Notes under the pieces: model-generated
Databases searched by the model: none
Told to the model about the DNA's origin: nothing
What the model saw: only the letters and a program-made list of their open reading frames with translations
Shown here: positions 10,218 to 20,327 of the stretch, in pieces
Layout of the letters: each line of letters begins with the position of its first letter
How positions within the stretch are numbered: position 1 is the first letter of the stretch
IMG/VR virus record: IMGVR_UViG_3300027969_000043
Span: 32,001-96,000 of that record
Source of the DNA: a virus
Reading direction: 5' to 3' (one strand)
DNA: 64,000 nucleotides
Made by a program: the position numbers and the translations under genes

Positions 10218-11153
10218 TTATTCTATTATTCCTGAACCTGTTATAGTACCTCTATTATAAATAACCCCACCAACCTTTAAAGTTCCGTCAACAACAATAT
10301 CACCATAATTATATAAATCACCCAATATATAGTAGTCGGCGTTAGTATCAACTATAAATACACTTGTACTTAATACCGTTAAGTCAGAAGGATTAAAAAT
10401 TGATTGATTTATTGTTATTGTATCTGTCGCACCTGAATTTGTCTCGTTTCTTAAAAATGCACCACCAACTGAAGATGATGATACTTTATGTATAACACCA
10501 CTTCCATCTATTGTTAATAATTCAGTGTCGGTACCTGTTTGTACCCCTTCTACTTTAATTGGGTCGGTTGCTGCAAATACATGTAATTTATTTGATGGTG
10601 ATACTGTTCCAATACCAACATTACCACCACTCTGTGCATTTAATACTAAAGGGTCGCCTTCTACATCTAAACGCCTCCAAGTTGAACCATTTTGAATTGA
10701 ATATATTTGCCCAATATTTGGACCAGTAACTGGATGTCCAAATGAAAAGTGTAATCCATTTACAGTACTACTTGTATTCCATTGACCTGTTATGGTTGTA
10801 AGTCCACTAACTTGTAATTTTGATTCTGGTGTTCTTGTTCCAATACCAACATTTGTACCACTAATAACAAACGTATTGGTATTTGCGGAACCACCAATAA
10901 TAGAACTATTTGAATTTACTTGAAATATTGAATTACCAATATTATTATTTACTGTTAATAACGAACCAGTTAATGTATCCGTTACCGACATCAATTGACC
11001 ACTAGTACCTCTAACATCAATAAGTGTTGAGCCGCTTGTAATACCAGTAAACGTCGTTGTACCAGCTGTTGAAACAATAACCCTGTTTGTGCTATTTGTT
11101 GATAGCTTTAACCCTTGTGTTTGACTATAGAATGCTCCGTTATTTACTGCCAT
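10218..11153 (-). CDS. Tail fibre-like protein
   Basis: Fibre repeats NVGIGTRTPESKLQV and GNVGIGTVSPSNKLHV. The N-terminus is MAVNN. Confidence 0.7.
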   Translation of the reverse strand: MAVNNGAFYSQTQGLKLSTNSTNRVIVSTAGTTTFTGITSGSTLIDVRGTSGQLMSVTDTLTGSLLTVNNNIGNSIFQVNSNSSIIGGSANTNTFVISGTNVGIGTRTPESKLQVSGLTTITGQWNTSSTVNGLHFSFGHPVTGPNIGQIYSIQNGSTWRRLDVEGDPLVLNAQSGGNVGIGTVSPSNKLHVFAATDPIKVEGVQTGTDTELLTIDGSGVIHKVSSSSVGGAFLRNETNSGATDTITINQSIFNPSDLTVLSTSVFIVDTNADYYILGDLYNYGDIVVDGTLKVGGVIYNRGTITGSGIIE

Positions 11154-11171
11154 TTAATATATTTGTTATTT

Positions 11172-11179
11172 ATAAATAT
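11172..11179 (-). promoter_or_regulatory. Putative late-promoter motif ATATTTAT
   Basis: Recurrent oriented motif, 18 nt upstream of ATG 11153. Confidence 0.55.
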
Positions 11180-11191
11180 TAGAGTTTATTA

Positions 11192-12364
11192 TTAGTTTCC
11201 ATTAAGCCTAATTAAACAATTAGCAGTTACACCATCATAAGTTGTAAAATTTCCACAAACTAGTATTTTTCCATCTGATTGAATTGTACCTGAGCGAGTC
11301 GAATCATTAAATCCAACACCAGTAATAAATGAATTATCTTTACTACCATCAGAATTTAATCTAATTATACGGTTTGATGTGCCTCCATTATATAGTGTAT
11401 ACGAACCCATAAAAATTATTTTTCCACTACCATCTATTATATTACGAAACAATGAATTGCTATTAGCAAACCCAGTACCATAAACGAATAAATTATCTTT
11501 GCTACCATCTGAATTTAATCTAATAATACCATTTGCTGATATACCACTGTATGTTGAAAAAGTACCACCAACCAATATTTTTCCATCAGTTTGCAAACTC
11601 AAACCTTGAACAGTACTATCAAACCCAGCACCTATATTAAATGATGAATCTTTGGTACCATCAGAATTTAACCTAATAATACGATTTGCTGATATACCAC
11701 TGTATGTTGTAAAAGTACCACCAGCCAATATTTTTCCGTCACTTTGAATTGCTAAAGCGAAAAGAAAGTTTGTATTGAACCCAGTACCATAAACAAACGA
11801 ATTATCCTTGCTACCGTCAGAATTTAATCTAATAATATTATTTGCTGATATACCACTAAATGTTGAAAAAGCACCACATACTAGTATTTTATTATCAGAC
11901 TGAATTTTAATATCCCAAATTTGTACACCAATAATATCTTTACTAAATCCAGTACCTATATTAAATGATGAATCTTTACTACCATCTGAATTCAATCTGA
12001 TTAATCCATTTGCTGATATACCACTGTATGTTGAAAAAGCACCACCAACCAATATTTTTCCATCTGTTTGTAAACTTAAACTTAGAACAAGGCCATCAAA
12101 CCCAGCACCTGTATTAAATGATGAATCTTTACTACCATCTGAATTTAATCTAATAATACCATTTGCTGATATACCACTGTATGTTGTAAAATTACCAACA
12201 ACAAGAATTTTATTATCTGTCTGAACTGATACCGAATGCACTAAGGCATTAAACCCATCACCGATGTTAAATGATGGGTCGGCAAGACCTGGGATAGTGT
12301 TTGGATTTGGTCCAAATATTGCATTTCCTTTTATAATAGTATTTCCTAGTATATTAACGCCCAT
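11192..12364 (-). CDS. Delta-60 (DUF5122-type) repeat beta-propeller protein
   Basis: About 7 repeats of roughly 52-56 aa: QSDGKILVGGxFTTYSGISANxIIRLNSDGSKDxSF. Confidence 0.9.
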   Translation of the reverse strand: MGVNILGNTIIKGNAIFGPNPNTIPGLADPSFNIGDGFNALVHSVSVQTDNKILVVGNFTTYSGISANGIIRLNSDGSKDSSFNTGAGFDGLVLSLSLQTDGKILVGGAFSTYSGISANGLIRLNSDGSKDSSFNIGTGFSKDIIGVQIWDIKIQSDNKILVCGAFSTFSGISANNIIRLNSDGSKDNSFVYGTGFNTNFLFALAIQSDGKILAGGTFTTYSGISANRIIRLNSDGTKDSSFNIGAGFDSTVQGLSLQTDGKILVGGTFSTYSGISANGIIRLNSDGSKDNLFVYGTGFANSNSLFRNIIDGSGKIIFMGSYTLYNGGTSNRIIRLNSDGSKDNSFITGVGFNDSTRSGTIQSDGKILVCGNFTTYDGVTANCLIRLNGN

Positions 12365-12367
12365 ATA

Positions 12368-15307
12368 TTACATTATTTGAACCCAACCAAATGATTTATA
12401 TAAAAAATAACCCTCATCGGCATCGGTTTGATAAACAATTAAACCAGCTGTTGCAGTTATTGCCAATCTTTGTGCTTCAGTCATTCTTGGACCTAAAAAC
12501 CCTTTGGTTGTTGAAGAAATTTCAAACAAGGCTGAAGCAGAAGGTGTTGCTGTTCCAATACCCACACTACCACCACTTAGTACAAGATTATTTGCTGACG
12601 TAGATGAACTAAAATTTAATGTCCTTCCACTTAAATCAACTATCCTATTACTATTTAAAACACCATTACCCGTATACAACGTGTTAGGTAAATTTTGATA
12701 TGTTGTTGCTGATACCGTATTTGCTGTTAAACCACTAATAAATGATGTTGCACCACTTACAGTACCACCACTTAATGGTAAAAATGCCCCACTTACAGAT
12801 GTTGAGCTACCAGTATATGCAGACAGGCTTATTGTAAATGCAGAATACTGTCCTGTTCTATTCTGTGTTAGTGTTATTGTATTTGACGATAATGTAAACC
12901 CTGTGACAAAAGTGTCGGCAGTTACAGGTAAATTTTGATATGTAGTTGCAGATATTGTACTTGCTGTTAAACCAGCTAAAAGTGTATTACCAGTTATAGT
13001 TAATGTATTTGCTGTTAAACCAGCTAAAAGTGTATTACCAGTTATAGTTAATGTATTTGCTGTTAAACCAGCTAATCTAGTATTTCCAGTTACAGTTAAC
13101 GTATCAGCAGTTACAGCGGCTAATCTAGTACTGCCAGTTACATTTAATGTATTTGCGGTTATAGCAGCTAATCTAGTACTGCCAGTTACGGTTAATGTAT
13201 TTGCAGTTATATTACTTAAATTTGTATTACCAGTTACATTTAATGTATTTGCTGTTAAACCACCAGTAAATACCGTATTACCTGTTACCGTACCACCACT
13301 TAATGGAAGATAAGCACCTGATGCAGATGAACTACCTGTATACGCCGATAAACTAATTGTAAACGCTGAGTATTGGTCGGCTCTATTTTGTGTAAGTGTT
13401 ATTGTATTTGACGATAATGTAAACCCTGTGACAAAAGTGTCGGCAGTTACAGGTAAATTTTGATATGTAGTTGCAGATATTGTATTTGCCGTTAGCCCAC
13501 TTAAGAAATTTGTTGCACCACTAACTGTACCACCAGTAAATGTAGTACTAGAAGTAATACCACTAACATTAAATGTACCGCCTGTGTTATTTGTAAATAT
13601 AAGTGTACTAGCAGCAGCGCTATATGTACCACCAGTTACAAATACATCTTTAGGTAAATTTTCATACGTTGTTGCTGATATTGTATTTGCTGTTAACCCG
13701 CTTTGGAATACTGTTGGACCACTTACTGTTCCACCAGTAAAAGTAACCGCATTAGAAATAACTTGCGTACTTAGTTTACCTGTACTATCAGCAACAACCA
13801 TTCTTGTAGTACTACCTGATAGATTACCAAATATTATATCACCTGTTTTATTTTCAAATGCAATATGTGTTGTACCCGTTAGTGCAGAAAGAGTTGGATT
13901 ATAATATATACCCCTGACTTTAGTACCTGTTTGTCCTGTAATATTAATTACTGGGTCTATTAGTAATGTTGCTGCTTCAAAGTTAATATCATTAGGGGTT
14001 TGCCACCCATAATTAATGTCAACTATAGATGAATTAGTTTGATTCCATTCTCTAGTTTGCCCATAACTAAATCTTGATATAAATGCCCATTTATCTTTAG
14101 CACCACCTTGTTCATCTTCCATGAAATATGTAGATGCACCATTTATCTTTCTTCTCCATATACCTACATATCCACTTGGGATACTTGTAGATGTGGTATC
14201 TATTTGAAAATAATTATTTATATATAAATTTGTGTCAACATATAATTCATTAGTAAATCTACCATTCCCAAATACATCTAATTTATAAGTAGGTGTATCT
14301 GTTCCAATACCTATTTTACTATCGTTACTTAATACTAATAGATTAGTATTCCATGTACTTGCTGAACTACTTGTTGTTTCTAATATCAATTTAGCACCTG
14401 TAGTGGTTAATCCACTAGGATTTGTAGAAAGTACACGAGCCCCAGGCGTATACGCCACATTTACATTTGAATGACCAAATTCTAATACATTTCTATTTAG
14501 AGGTGCGCTACCTTTATCCCATAATCTTAACGCAACATTTTCAAATGTGCTAGCTCCGCCTATGATTGATACTCCTGGACCTGCACCAATACCATAATCA
14601 ACTTCTAATTTAGCTGTTGGCGTTGTTGTCCCTATACCGACATTACCACCACTCATAACAAGCGTGTCAGGATTTGTTACTGAACTAAAATTTAATGTTT
14701 TTCCACTTAAATCAACTATTCTATTACCACTTAAAACACCATTACCCGTATACAACGTGTTAGGTAAATTTTGATATGTTGTTGCCGATATTGTATTTGC
14801 AGTTAATCCACTAGTAAATACTGTTGCACCATTAACAGTACCACCTGTAAATTGAGCACTAGCGATTATTCCCGTTAATTTAGAGCCATCCCCATAAAAC
14901 GTATCACCACTTATTGTTGTTGCTGATATCGTACTAGCTGTCAAACCACTTTGGAATATTGTATTACCAGTAACAGTACCACCACTTAACGGTAAATAGT
15001 TACCAGACGCTGTTGATGTTGAACCTGTTGTAAAACCTGTAACTTGAAATGTACCGCCTGTTGAATTAACAAATGTTGCAGTACCTGTAGTATTATTATA
15101 TGTACCACCAGTCACATACACATTTAATGATGAACCAGTAAGTCCTGATAATGTTATAGTAAAAGCTGAATATTGGTCAATTCTATTTTGTGTTAGGGTA
15201 ATATTGTTTGATGACAAGGTAAACCCAGTCACAAAGGTATCATCAAGCACCAACGGCTCAATTATAAATGTTTCATTAATATCCCCAAAGTTATTTATAC
15301 AGCTCAT
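12368..15307 (-). CDS. Long tail fibre protein, 979 aa, built from repeated S/T/G modules
   Basis: Contains VTGGTY knobs, GLTANTISATTY repeats, 16-aa tandem repeats (GLTANTLTITGNTLLA) and VGIGTTTP repeats. The C-terminus is STTKGFLGPRMTEAQRLAITATAGLIVYQTD. Confidence 0.8.
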   Translation of the reverse strand: MSCINNFGDINETFIIEPLVLDDTFVTGFTLSSNNITLTQNRIDQYSAFTITLSGLTGSSLNVYVTGGTYNNTTGTATFVNSTGGTFQVTGFTTGSTSTASGNYLPLSGGTVTGNTIFQSGLTASTISATTISGDTFYGDGSKLTGIIASAQFTGGTVNGATVFTSGLTANTISATTYQNLPNTLYTGNGVLSGNRIVDLSGKTLNFSSVTNPDTLVMSGGNVGIGTTTPTAKLEVDYGIGAGPGVSIIGGASTFENVALRLWDKGSAPLNRNVLEFGHSNVNVAYTPGARVLSTNPSGLTTTGAKLILETTSSSASTWNTNLLVLSNDSKIGIGTDTPTYKLDVFGNGRFTNELYVDTNLYINNYFQIDTTSTSIPSGYVGIWRRKINGASTYFMEDEQGGAKDKWAFISRFSYGQTREWNQTNSSIVDINYGWQTPNDINFEAATLLIDPVINITGQTGTKVRGIYYNPTLSALTGTTHIAFENKTGDIIFGNLSGSTTRMVVADSTGKLSTQVISNAVTFTGGTVSGPTVFQSGLTANTISATTYENLPKDVFVTGGTYSAAASTLIFTNNTGGTFNVSGITSSTTFTGGTVSGATNFLSGLTANTISATTYQNLPVTADTFVTGFTLSSNTITLTQNRADQYSAFTISLSAYTGSSSASGAYLPLSGGTVTGNTVFTGGLTANTLNVTGNTNLSNITANTLTVTGSTRLAAITANTLNVTGSTRLAAVTADTLTVTGNTRLAGLTANTLTITGNTLLAGLTANTLTITGNTLLAGLTASTISATTYQNLPVTADTFVTGFTLSSNTITLTQNRTGQYSAFTISLSAYTGSSTSVSGAFLPLSGGTVSGATSFISGLTANTVSATTYQNLPNTLYTGNGVLNSNRIVDLSGRTLNFSSSTSANNLVLSGGSVGIGTATPSASALFEISSTTKGFLGPRMTEAQRLAITATAGLIVYQTDADEGYFLYKSFGWVQIM
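12870..13484. repeat. Exact 90-bp direct repeat (12870-12959 and 13395-13484) flanking a 48-bp tandem array
   Basis: agtgttattgtatttgacgataatgtaaaccctgtgacaaaagtgtcggcagttacaggtaaattttgatatgtagttgcagatattgta occurs twice. Confidence 0.9.
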
Positions 15308-16356
15308 ATTGTATTACCGATTAATTGAAATTTACCTGTTGCTAAATTTGATTTATATACTCTTATACTAACAGTGCTATTGGCACTTATTGCTATTGGT
15401 GACGTTAATGTCAATCCATCAAACACACCAACACCATTAACTGATATTACAATCCTGCTAATATCCTCAACATTTATTAGTTGGTTAAAACTAATAGCAT
15501 ATTGCGCATTAAATGAAAACCTAGGTTCAGACCTTGGTTTAAATACAAACGTATACGTCGCGGTATTCCCCTTTACAATAGGGTCAAATATAACATTATG
15601 AAATGTTTTATTTTCATCCAACTCAATTAGTGTATACACCCTATTAATAGTTGGGATAACCTCAAAATCATTTTCGTCTAAAATATATCCAAGTAATGTC
15701 ATATCAAATAATTGAACATAAAATCTTGCATTTTCAAAATCATCAATATCACTCTCGTCACTAATACCCTCTAAATGAACGGGCATTGGATGCCCTTTAA
15801 CATTAATGTATGCTTGTCTAGATTGAAATGTTCTTTGAACCAACGAATTTAATTTATTTAAATCCTTCATTCTATTTGTAAAAATCCTAATCTCGTAACT
15901 AATATCAACAGATGTCGGTTGCGGTACCTTATATACATCAACACCCTTTCTAGCTCCATCCCAAGTTGGAACTTTCATGTATGTGTAGGTTCTATTTCCT
16001 GGAATATTGTAATTACCTGCTTGGTTTTGACCTACTTGAGCATCTGGTTTTCTAACAATTGTAATAAAAGGTAATTGTATATCGTTATACTTATCACTAA
16101 ATTGCCATGTTTTTGTAAATTCAGACCATCTTTGTATTGTTAAAAATAATACAGGCACCTTTCCATCATCAACAGTAATACCTAATTCATTTTTAACAAA
16201 ATCAACAAATGTTTCATCCATATCTTCTTCAGAAACACCTCTTGGTAAAAAAGTACCGTGGTCTGCAATATCGTCAAGAATTTCTTGTCTTCTTTCTGGG
16301 CCAATCTTACCTGGATTAATATTTATGTTATTTCTAAAGCCTTTTGGAACTGCCAT
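15304..16356 (-). CDS. Tail terminator / sheath stabiliser (T4 gp15-like)
   Basis: Motif pattern VPVLFLTIQRW...QLPFITIVR...PQPTSVDISYEIRIFTNRMKDLNKL; adjacent to the neck gene. Confidence 0.6.
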   Translation of the reverse strand: MAVPKGFRNNININPGKIGPERRQEILDDIADHGTFLPRGVSEEDMDETFVDFVKNELGITVDDGKVPVLFLTIQRWSEFTKTWQFSDKYNDIQLPFITIVRKPDAQVGQNQAGNYNIPGNRTYTYMKVPTWDGARKGVDVYKVPQPTSVDISYEIRIFTNRMKDLNKLNSLVQRTFQSRQAYINVKGHPMPVHLEGISDESDIDDFENARFYVQLFDMTLLGYILDENDFEVIPTINRVYTLIELDENKTFHNVIFDPIVKGNTATYTFVFKPRSEPRFSFNAQYAISFNQLINVEDISRIVISVNGVGVFDGLTLTSPIAISANSTVSIRVYKSNLATGKFQLIGNTI

Positions 16357-16381
16357 TTTTTTATTTTTAATTTAATTTTTA

Positions 16382-16903
16382 TTACAAAGCGCGAAACTCT
16401 GAAGAATCCACAGGTGCACAAAGAATTGTTCTAAATGCACCCTTCCACCCCATTATTGTATGCGCGTTATCAAAATTCTTTTTTCCATCATTTGATACAC
16501 TAAAATATATTATACTTGTTTCAGTTACTGGATATCCGATATAATCACCATAAAGAATATCAATTTTTTGTTCGGTAAGCTGAGCATCATAAATACCGAA
16601 TGTTAATGGTCCATCTAGTAAATATCTAGCCGAACCATTTGGGTTATAGGTTCTATTTTCTGGTTCCGCCATTATTGGTATTACCTTAAGCTCAATTGGT
16701 GGTAAAAATCTAATACCATCTTTGGTTGCTTCGGTATACAAATCATCATACTGAGTCATCTCTCTATCAACTCTATAAAGAATAACGGTAAAATTACCAT
16801 CACCTTCAATAGCTTCTCTACTCATACTAACTTCTAGTTCAAAATCTTCACCAGAAAAAAACTTGTTTATTCGCGTTATTGGTGTTATTTTAGAGTTTAC
16901 CAT
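16382..16903 (-). CDS. Head-closure / neck protein (T4 gp14-like)
   Basis: Motifs VILYRVD...DDLYTEA...RFLPPIEL...GDYIGY; size and gene context fit. Confidence 0.55.
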   Translation of the reverse strand: MVNSKITPITRINKFFSGEDFELEVSMSREAIEGDGNFTVILYRVDREMTQYDDLYTEATKDGIRFLPPIELKVIPIMAEPENRTYNPNGSARYLLDGPLTFGIYDAQLTEQKIDILYGDYIGYPVTETSIIYFSVSNDGKKNFDNAHTIMGWKGAFRTILCAPVDSSEFRAL

Positions 16904-16914
16904 ATCTTTTATTC

Positions 16915-16995
16915 ATAAATATTTAGATTAGGTTAAATATTCTTAAGTACTTGATTTTATTTGATATTTTATTATATTAGTAATATAATATTTAT
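16915..16995. promoter_or_regulatory. Divergent pair of ATATTTAT motifs (16915-16922 minus; 16988-16995 plus)
   Basis: Each motif points toward its adjacent gene. Confidence 0.5.
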
Positions 16996-17012
16996 ATTAA
17001 AATACAGTCAAA

Positions 17013-18860
17013 TTGATTAATTTAGACGATATCAAGGGTCATTCAGCACTTAACTTATTGGAAGAATATTCTGGTATAAATCCGTATATTCGCAAAATGA
17101 AAAAGGAATATTTAAAAAATAAAAAAATTACATTAACGGAAACGCAAATAAAATACATTATTGACAACCATCAAAAGGAACCTATACCGATAAATAAAGT
17201 TGTAAATATCACACCTTTCTTAGGTGAAGAACTACAAAAAAAAGAAGAACTATCTTTTTTACCTGAAAGAGTATTGATTGAATATATTTTAGCAGAAAAC
17301 GAAAAAACATTTCACATATATGGTAAGCTAAAAAGAAACCAAACAGAATCAAAAATGTATTGGTTACCAAAAACACAAGTTTTAGACGACCCATATTATG
17401 AAAAAATAGATATAGATGTAAATTTTGATAAATATAATGACGTTTTAAAGAAAACAGGAAAACAATTATACAAACATCAAGAAGAAGGTATAAAATTTTT
17501 ATTATCTAGAAACGGTAGTATCCTAGCTGACGATATGGGATTGGGCAAGTCAATACAATCAATCATTGCAGCGCTAGAAAGCGGTGCTAAAAACATACTT
17601 GTTGTTTGCCCCTCAGCTGTTAAAATAAATTGGAAACGAGAAATAAATGTATTTTGTGACGACGTCGCTATCGTTGAGGGTAGAAAATGGCAAAACGCAA
17701 AATTTACTATCATTAATTATGACATCCTTAAAAACTTTCATACACTAGGTGACGGTAAAAAGAAAAAAGATACCGACCCAGTATTAGAATATAATAGACA
17801 CATAGTAAATGCAAAGTTTGACCTTGTTATTGTAGATGAAGCACATTACTTAAAAAACAATAAAAGCATTCGTGGTGAAATAATGGTCGACTTGGTTGTT
17901 AACCATAATATTGAAAGAGTTTGGTTATTAACAGGAACACCTGTGGCCAATAGACCAATGGACTTCTTTAACTTATTAAAGATAATTAAATCACCAATAG
18001 CGGATAATTGGCAATATTTTGCAACCAGATATTGCGATGCAAGAAAATTCTTTAGAACATTAAAAAACGGACAAAGAAAACAAATATGGTTAACAGACGG
18101 AGCATCAAACCTAGACGAATTAGCAGCAAAAACAAAAAATTTAATACTTAGAAGATTGAAAGAGAATGTGTTAGATATGCCAGATAAAGTTATTACACCT
18201 ATGTACCATCAATTATCCGATAAAGGTTGGGACGAGTACGATAGACTTTGGGAAGATTATTTAGATAAAAGAAAAGCTGAAAAGAAAAAAGGTTCAATAC
18301 AAAGAGATTTGGTTGAACTAATTCTTTTAAGAAAGTTTATTGCTATTGAAGCCATCCCACAAACTATCGAGATGGTTGAAAACATATTAGAAACAGGTAA
18401 AAAAGTTATTATATTTACTAGTTTTACCGACGAACTAAATGAACTGGCTGAACATTTTGGTAAATTATGCGTAACACATAATGGGCCCATGAATGATAAA
18501 CAAAAACAACGTTCGGTTGATGATTTTCAAAACAATGATAAAATTAAAGTATTTATTGGTAATATAAAATCGGCTGGTGTTGGTATCACATTAACAAAAG
18601 CTAATTTTGTTGTCTTTAATTCATTTGATTGGGTGCCAGGCAGCAACGAACAAGCCGAAGACAGAGCATATAGAATTGGACAAAATAATAACGTAAATGT
18701 TTACTATCAATTATTTGAAGATACAATATCAACTAGAATGTGGGAAACACTTAGAACAAAAAAAGATATCATATCTACAATCATAGGTGATAATCAATTA
18801 TCTGAAGAAGAAATAATTGAAATAATGACAAATAAATTAATCGATGAAGACAATGGTTAG
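17013..18860 (+). CDS. SNF2-family (HepA/SMARCAL1-like) helicase/ATPase, TTG start
   Basis: LADDMGLGKS (Walker A), IVDEAH, LLTGTP, SAGVGITLT and QAEDRAYRIGQ. Confidence 0.93.
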   Translation: MINLDDIKGHSALNLLEEYSGINPYIRKMKKEYLKNKKITLTETQIKYIIDNHQKEPIPINKVVNITPFLGEELQKKEELSFLPERVLIEYILAENEKTFHIYGKLKRNQTESKMYWLPKTQVLDDPYYEKIDIDVNFDKYNDVLKKTGKQLYKHQEEGIKFLLSRNGSILADDMGLGKSIQSIIAALESGAKNILVVCPSAVKINWKREINVFCDDVAIVEGRKWQNAKFTIINYDILKNFHTLGDGKKKKDTDPVLEYNRHIVNAKFDLVIVDEAHYLKNNKSIRGEIMVDLVVNHNIERVWLLTGTPVANRPMDFFNLLKIIKSPIADNWQYFATRYCDARKFFRTLKNGQRKQIWLTDGASNLDELAAKTKNLILRRLKENVLDMPDKVITPMYHQLSDKGWDEYDRLWEDYLDKRKAEKKKGSIQRDLVELILLRKFIAIEAIPQTIEMVENILETGKKVIIFTSFTDELNELAEHFGKLCVTHNGPMNDKQKQRSVDDFQNNDKIKVFIGNIKSAGVGITLTKANFVVFNSFDWVPGSNEQAEDRAYRIGQNNNVNVYYQLFEDTISTRMWETLRTKKDIISTIIGDNQLSEEEIIEIMTNKLIDEDNG

Positions 18861-19107
18861 ATTATATACTGTTGAAAACTGCCCATATTGTGCAGAACTA
18901 AAAGAAATTTTTATAAATGAAGGTGTTGAATTTGTTGAGGTTGATGTTAACAAACCAGAAAACGAACCTGAATTTAATAAGCTATATGAAGTAGCAAAAT
19001 GTGATGATGTACCAATGGTTAAAATTGGTCCACAAATTCTTATCCCACATACTAGTTTCAGGTCAATTCGAGAAGCTGCCGATTTAACTAAGAAGTTTTT
19101 AGTTTAA
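18844..19107 (+). CDS. Glutaredoxin / NrdH-like redoxin
   Basis: CPYC active site and VP cis-proline motif; 87 aa. An alternative start is at 18853. Confidence 0.85.
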   Translation: MKTMVRLYTVENCPYCAELKEIFINEGVEFVEVDVNKPENEPEFNKLYEVAKCDDVPMVKIGPQILIPHTSFRSIREAADLTKKFLV

Positions 19108-19121
19108 TTCGTTATTTTCAA

Positions 19122-19129
19122 ATATTTAT
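19122..19129 (+). promoter_or_regulatory. Putative late-promoter motif ATATTTAT
   Basis: 15 nt upstream of the neck gene ATG. Confidence 0.55.
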
Positions 19130-19144
19130 AAGAAAATAACAAAT

Positions 19145-20293
19145 ATGTCAGTTAGCTCAGAAGACCGTGAAAGATTATTCACACAATTTAGACATTCAGT
19201 TGGCGCACCTATTCGTCAAATAGAAATGACAGACGACCAACTGTGTACCTTATTGGACATAGCCGTAGAGGATTATGCCCAATATGTTCAAGAATGGCTC
19301 GTAGAACATCAATGGTTATCAATACTTGGTAAAAACATCGATACAATCGATATGGCATTTGCTCTTAGCGTTAGGTCATTTGATTTTGTAACACAATATA
19401 CATACGCGTACTCAAAACAAGTTGGACTACAAGCAGCTGGTCCATGGGAATTAAAAAAGGATTATGTTGAACTTGAAGAAGGTAGACAAGTATATCAAAT
19501 TCCTGCAAACAGAGAAATAAACGAAGTTCTTTGGTTAACACCAACAGCCATTAGCCAAGCACTATTAGCAAACTATGGTGGTATTGACTACGGTTTTGGT
19601 GGTGGTTTTGCACAAATGGGTGGAGGATACGGCACAGCTGGTACAGGTACTGGTGGCGGTAGAAGCGGATACTATATATCCCCAGCTTTTGATATATTAT
19701 TAACAGCTTCGGATATGAATCTTAAAAATAGAATTGTAAGAAGCGAATTAGTATATAAAATAACCGCTGGCCCTAATGGTACAAAATTATTACATCTCCT
19801 AAGTACACCTGGCTCAAGACTATCATTTGGTCAAGGTATTGGTGGTGTCGGAAACTCAATTAACTTATCTGGTTGTCAAGTATGGTATCACTATTATGAT
19901 ACAGATGGCGCAAACGTAGACGAATGCAGAAGAGACAATCCAGATATCATTAAATTACCAAACGAAGTACCACTTTCAAAATTAGATTATTCAACATTTA
20001 ACGAACCAACTAAAACTCTTATCAGACAATTATTTATTGCTGAAGCAAAGAGAGCGCTAGGTAGAGTAAGAGGTAAGTTTGGCGGTATTGTAGGTCCACC
20101 AGAGGCAGAAAGAACAATGGACTATGAAACACTTATTAGTGAAGGTAACGACGAAAGAAAGGCTGTTTTAGAAAGGCTGGACGCAAGACTTGATAGACTT
20201 TCATCTACAAAACAACTTGAAAGAGCTGCAAATGAGTCAGAGTTTTTAAATAAACAATTAAAATATAGACCACTAGGTTTCTGGGTGTATTAA
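19145..20293 (+). CDS. Neck / head-tail adaptor protein (T4 gp13-like)
   Basis: N-terminal VGAPIRQIEMTDDQL. C-terminal AEAKRALGRVRGKFGG...LISEGNDERKAVLERL...PLGFWV. Confidence 0.75.
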   Translation: MSVSSEDRERLFTQFRHSVGAPIRQIEMTDDQLCTLLDIAVEDYAQYVQEWLVEHQWLSILGKNIDTIDMAFALSVRSFDFVTQYTYAYSKQVGLQAAGPWELKKDYVELEEGRQVYQIPANREINEVLWLTPTAISQALLANYGGIDYGFGGGFAQMGGGYGTAGTGTGGGRSGYYISPAFDILLTASDMNLKNRIVRSELVYKITAGPNGTKLLHLLSTPGSRLSFGQGIGGVGNSINLSGCQVWYHYYDTDGANVDECRRDNPDIIKLPNEVPLSKLDYSTFNEPTKTLIRQLFIAEAKRALGRVRGKFGGIVGPPEAERTMDYETLISEGNDERKAVLERLDARLDRLSSTKQLERAANESEFLNKQLKYRPLGFWVY

Positions 20294-20299
20294 AATATT

Positions 20300-20327
20300 A
20301 ATGGGAGGCAATGCCTCCCATTTTTTA
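20300..20327. terminator. Intrinsic terminator between the convergent neck and polB genes
   Basis: Hairpin atgggaggc-aat-gcctcccat followed by a T tract on the plus strand. Confidence 0.8.

Noticed and set aside
11192-13260. Regularly spaced DNA repeats resembling a CRISPR array
   Set aside because: They are in-frame protein repeats (Delta-60 and 16-aa fibre repeats) without unique spacers or cas genes.
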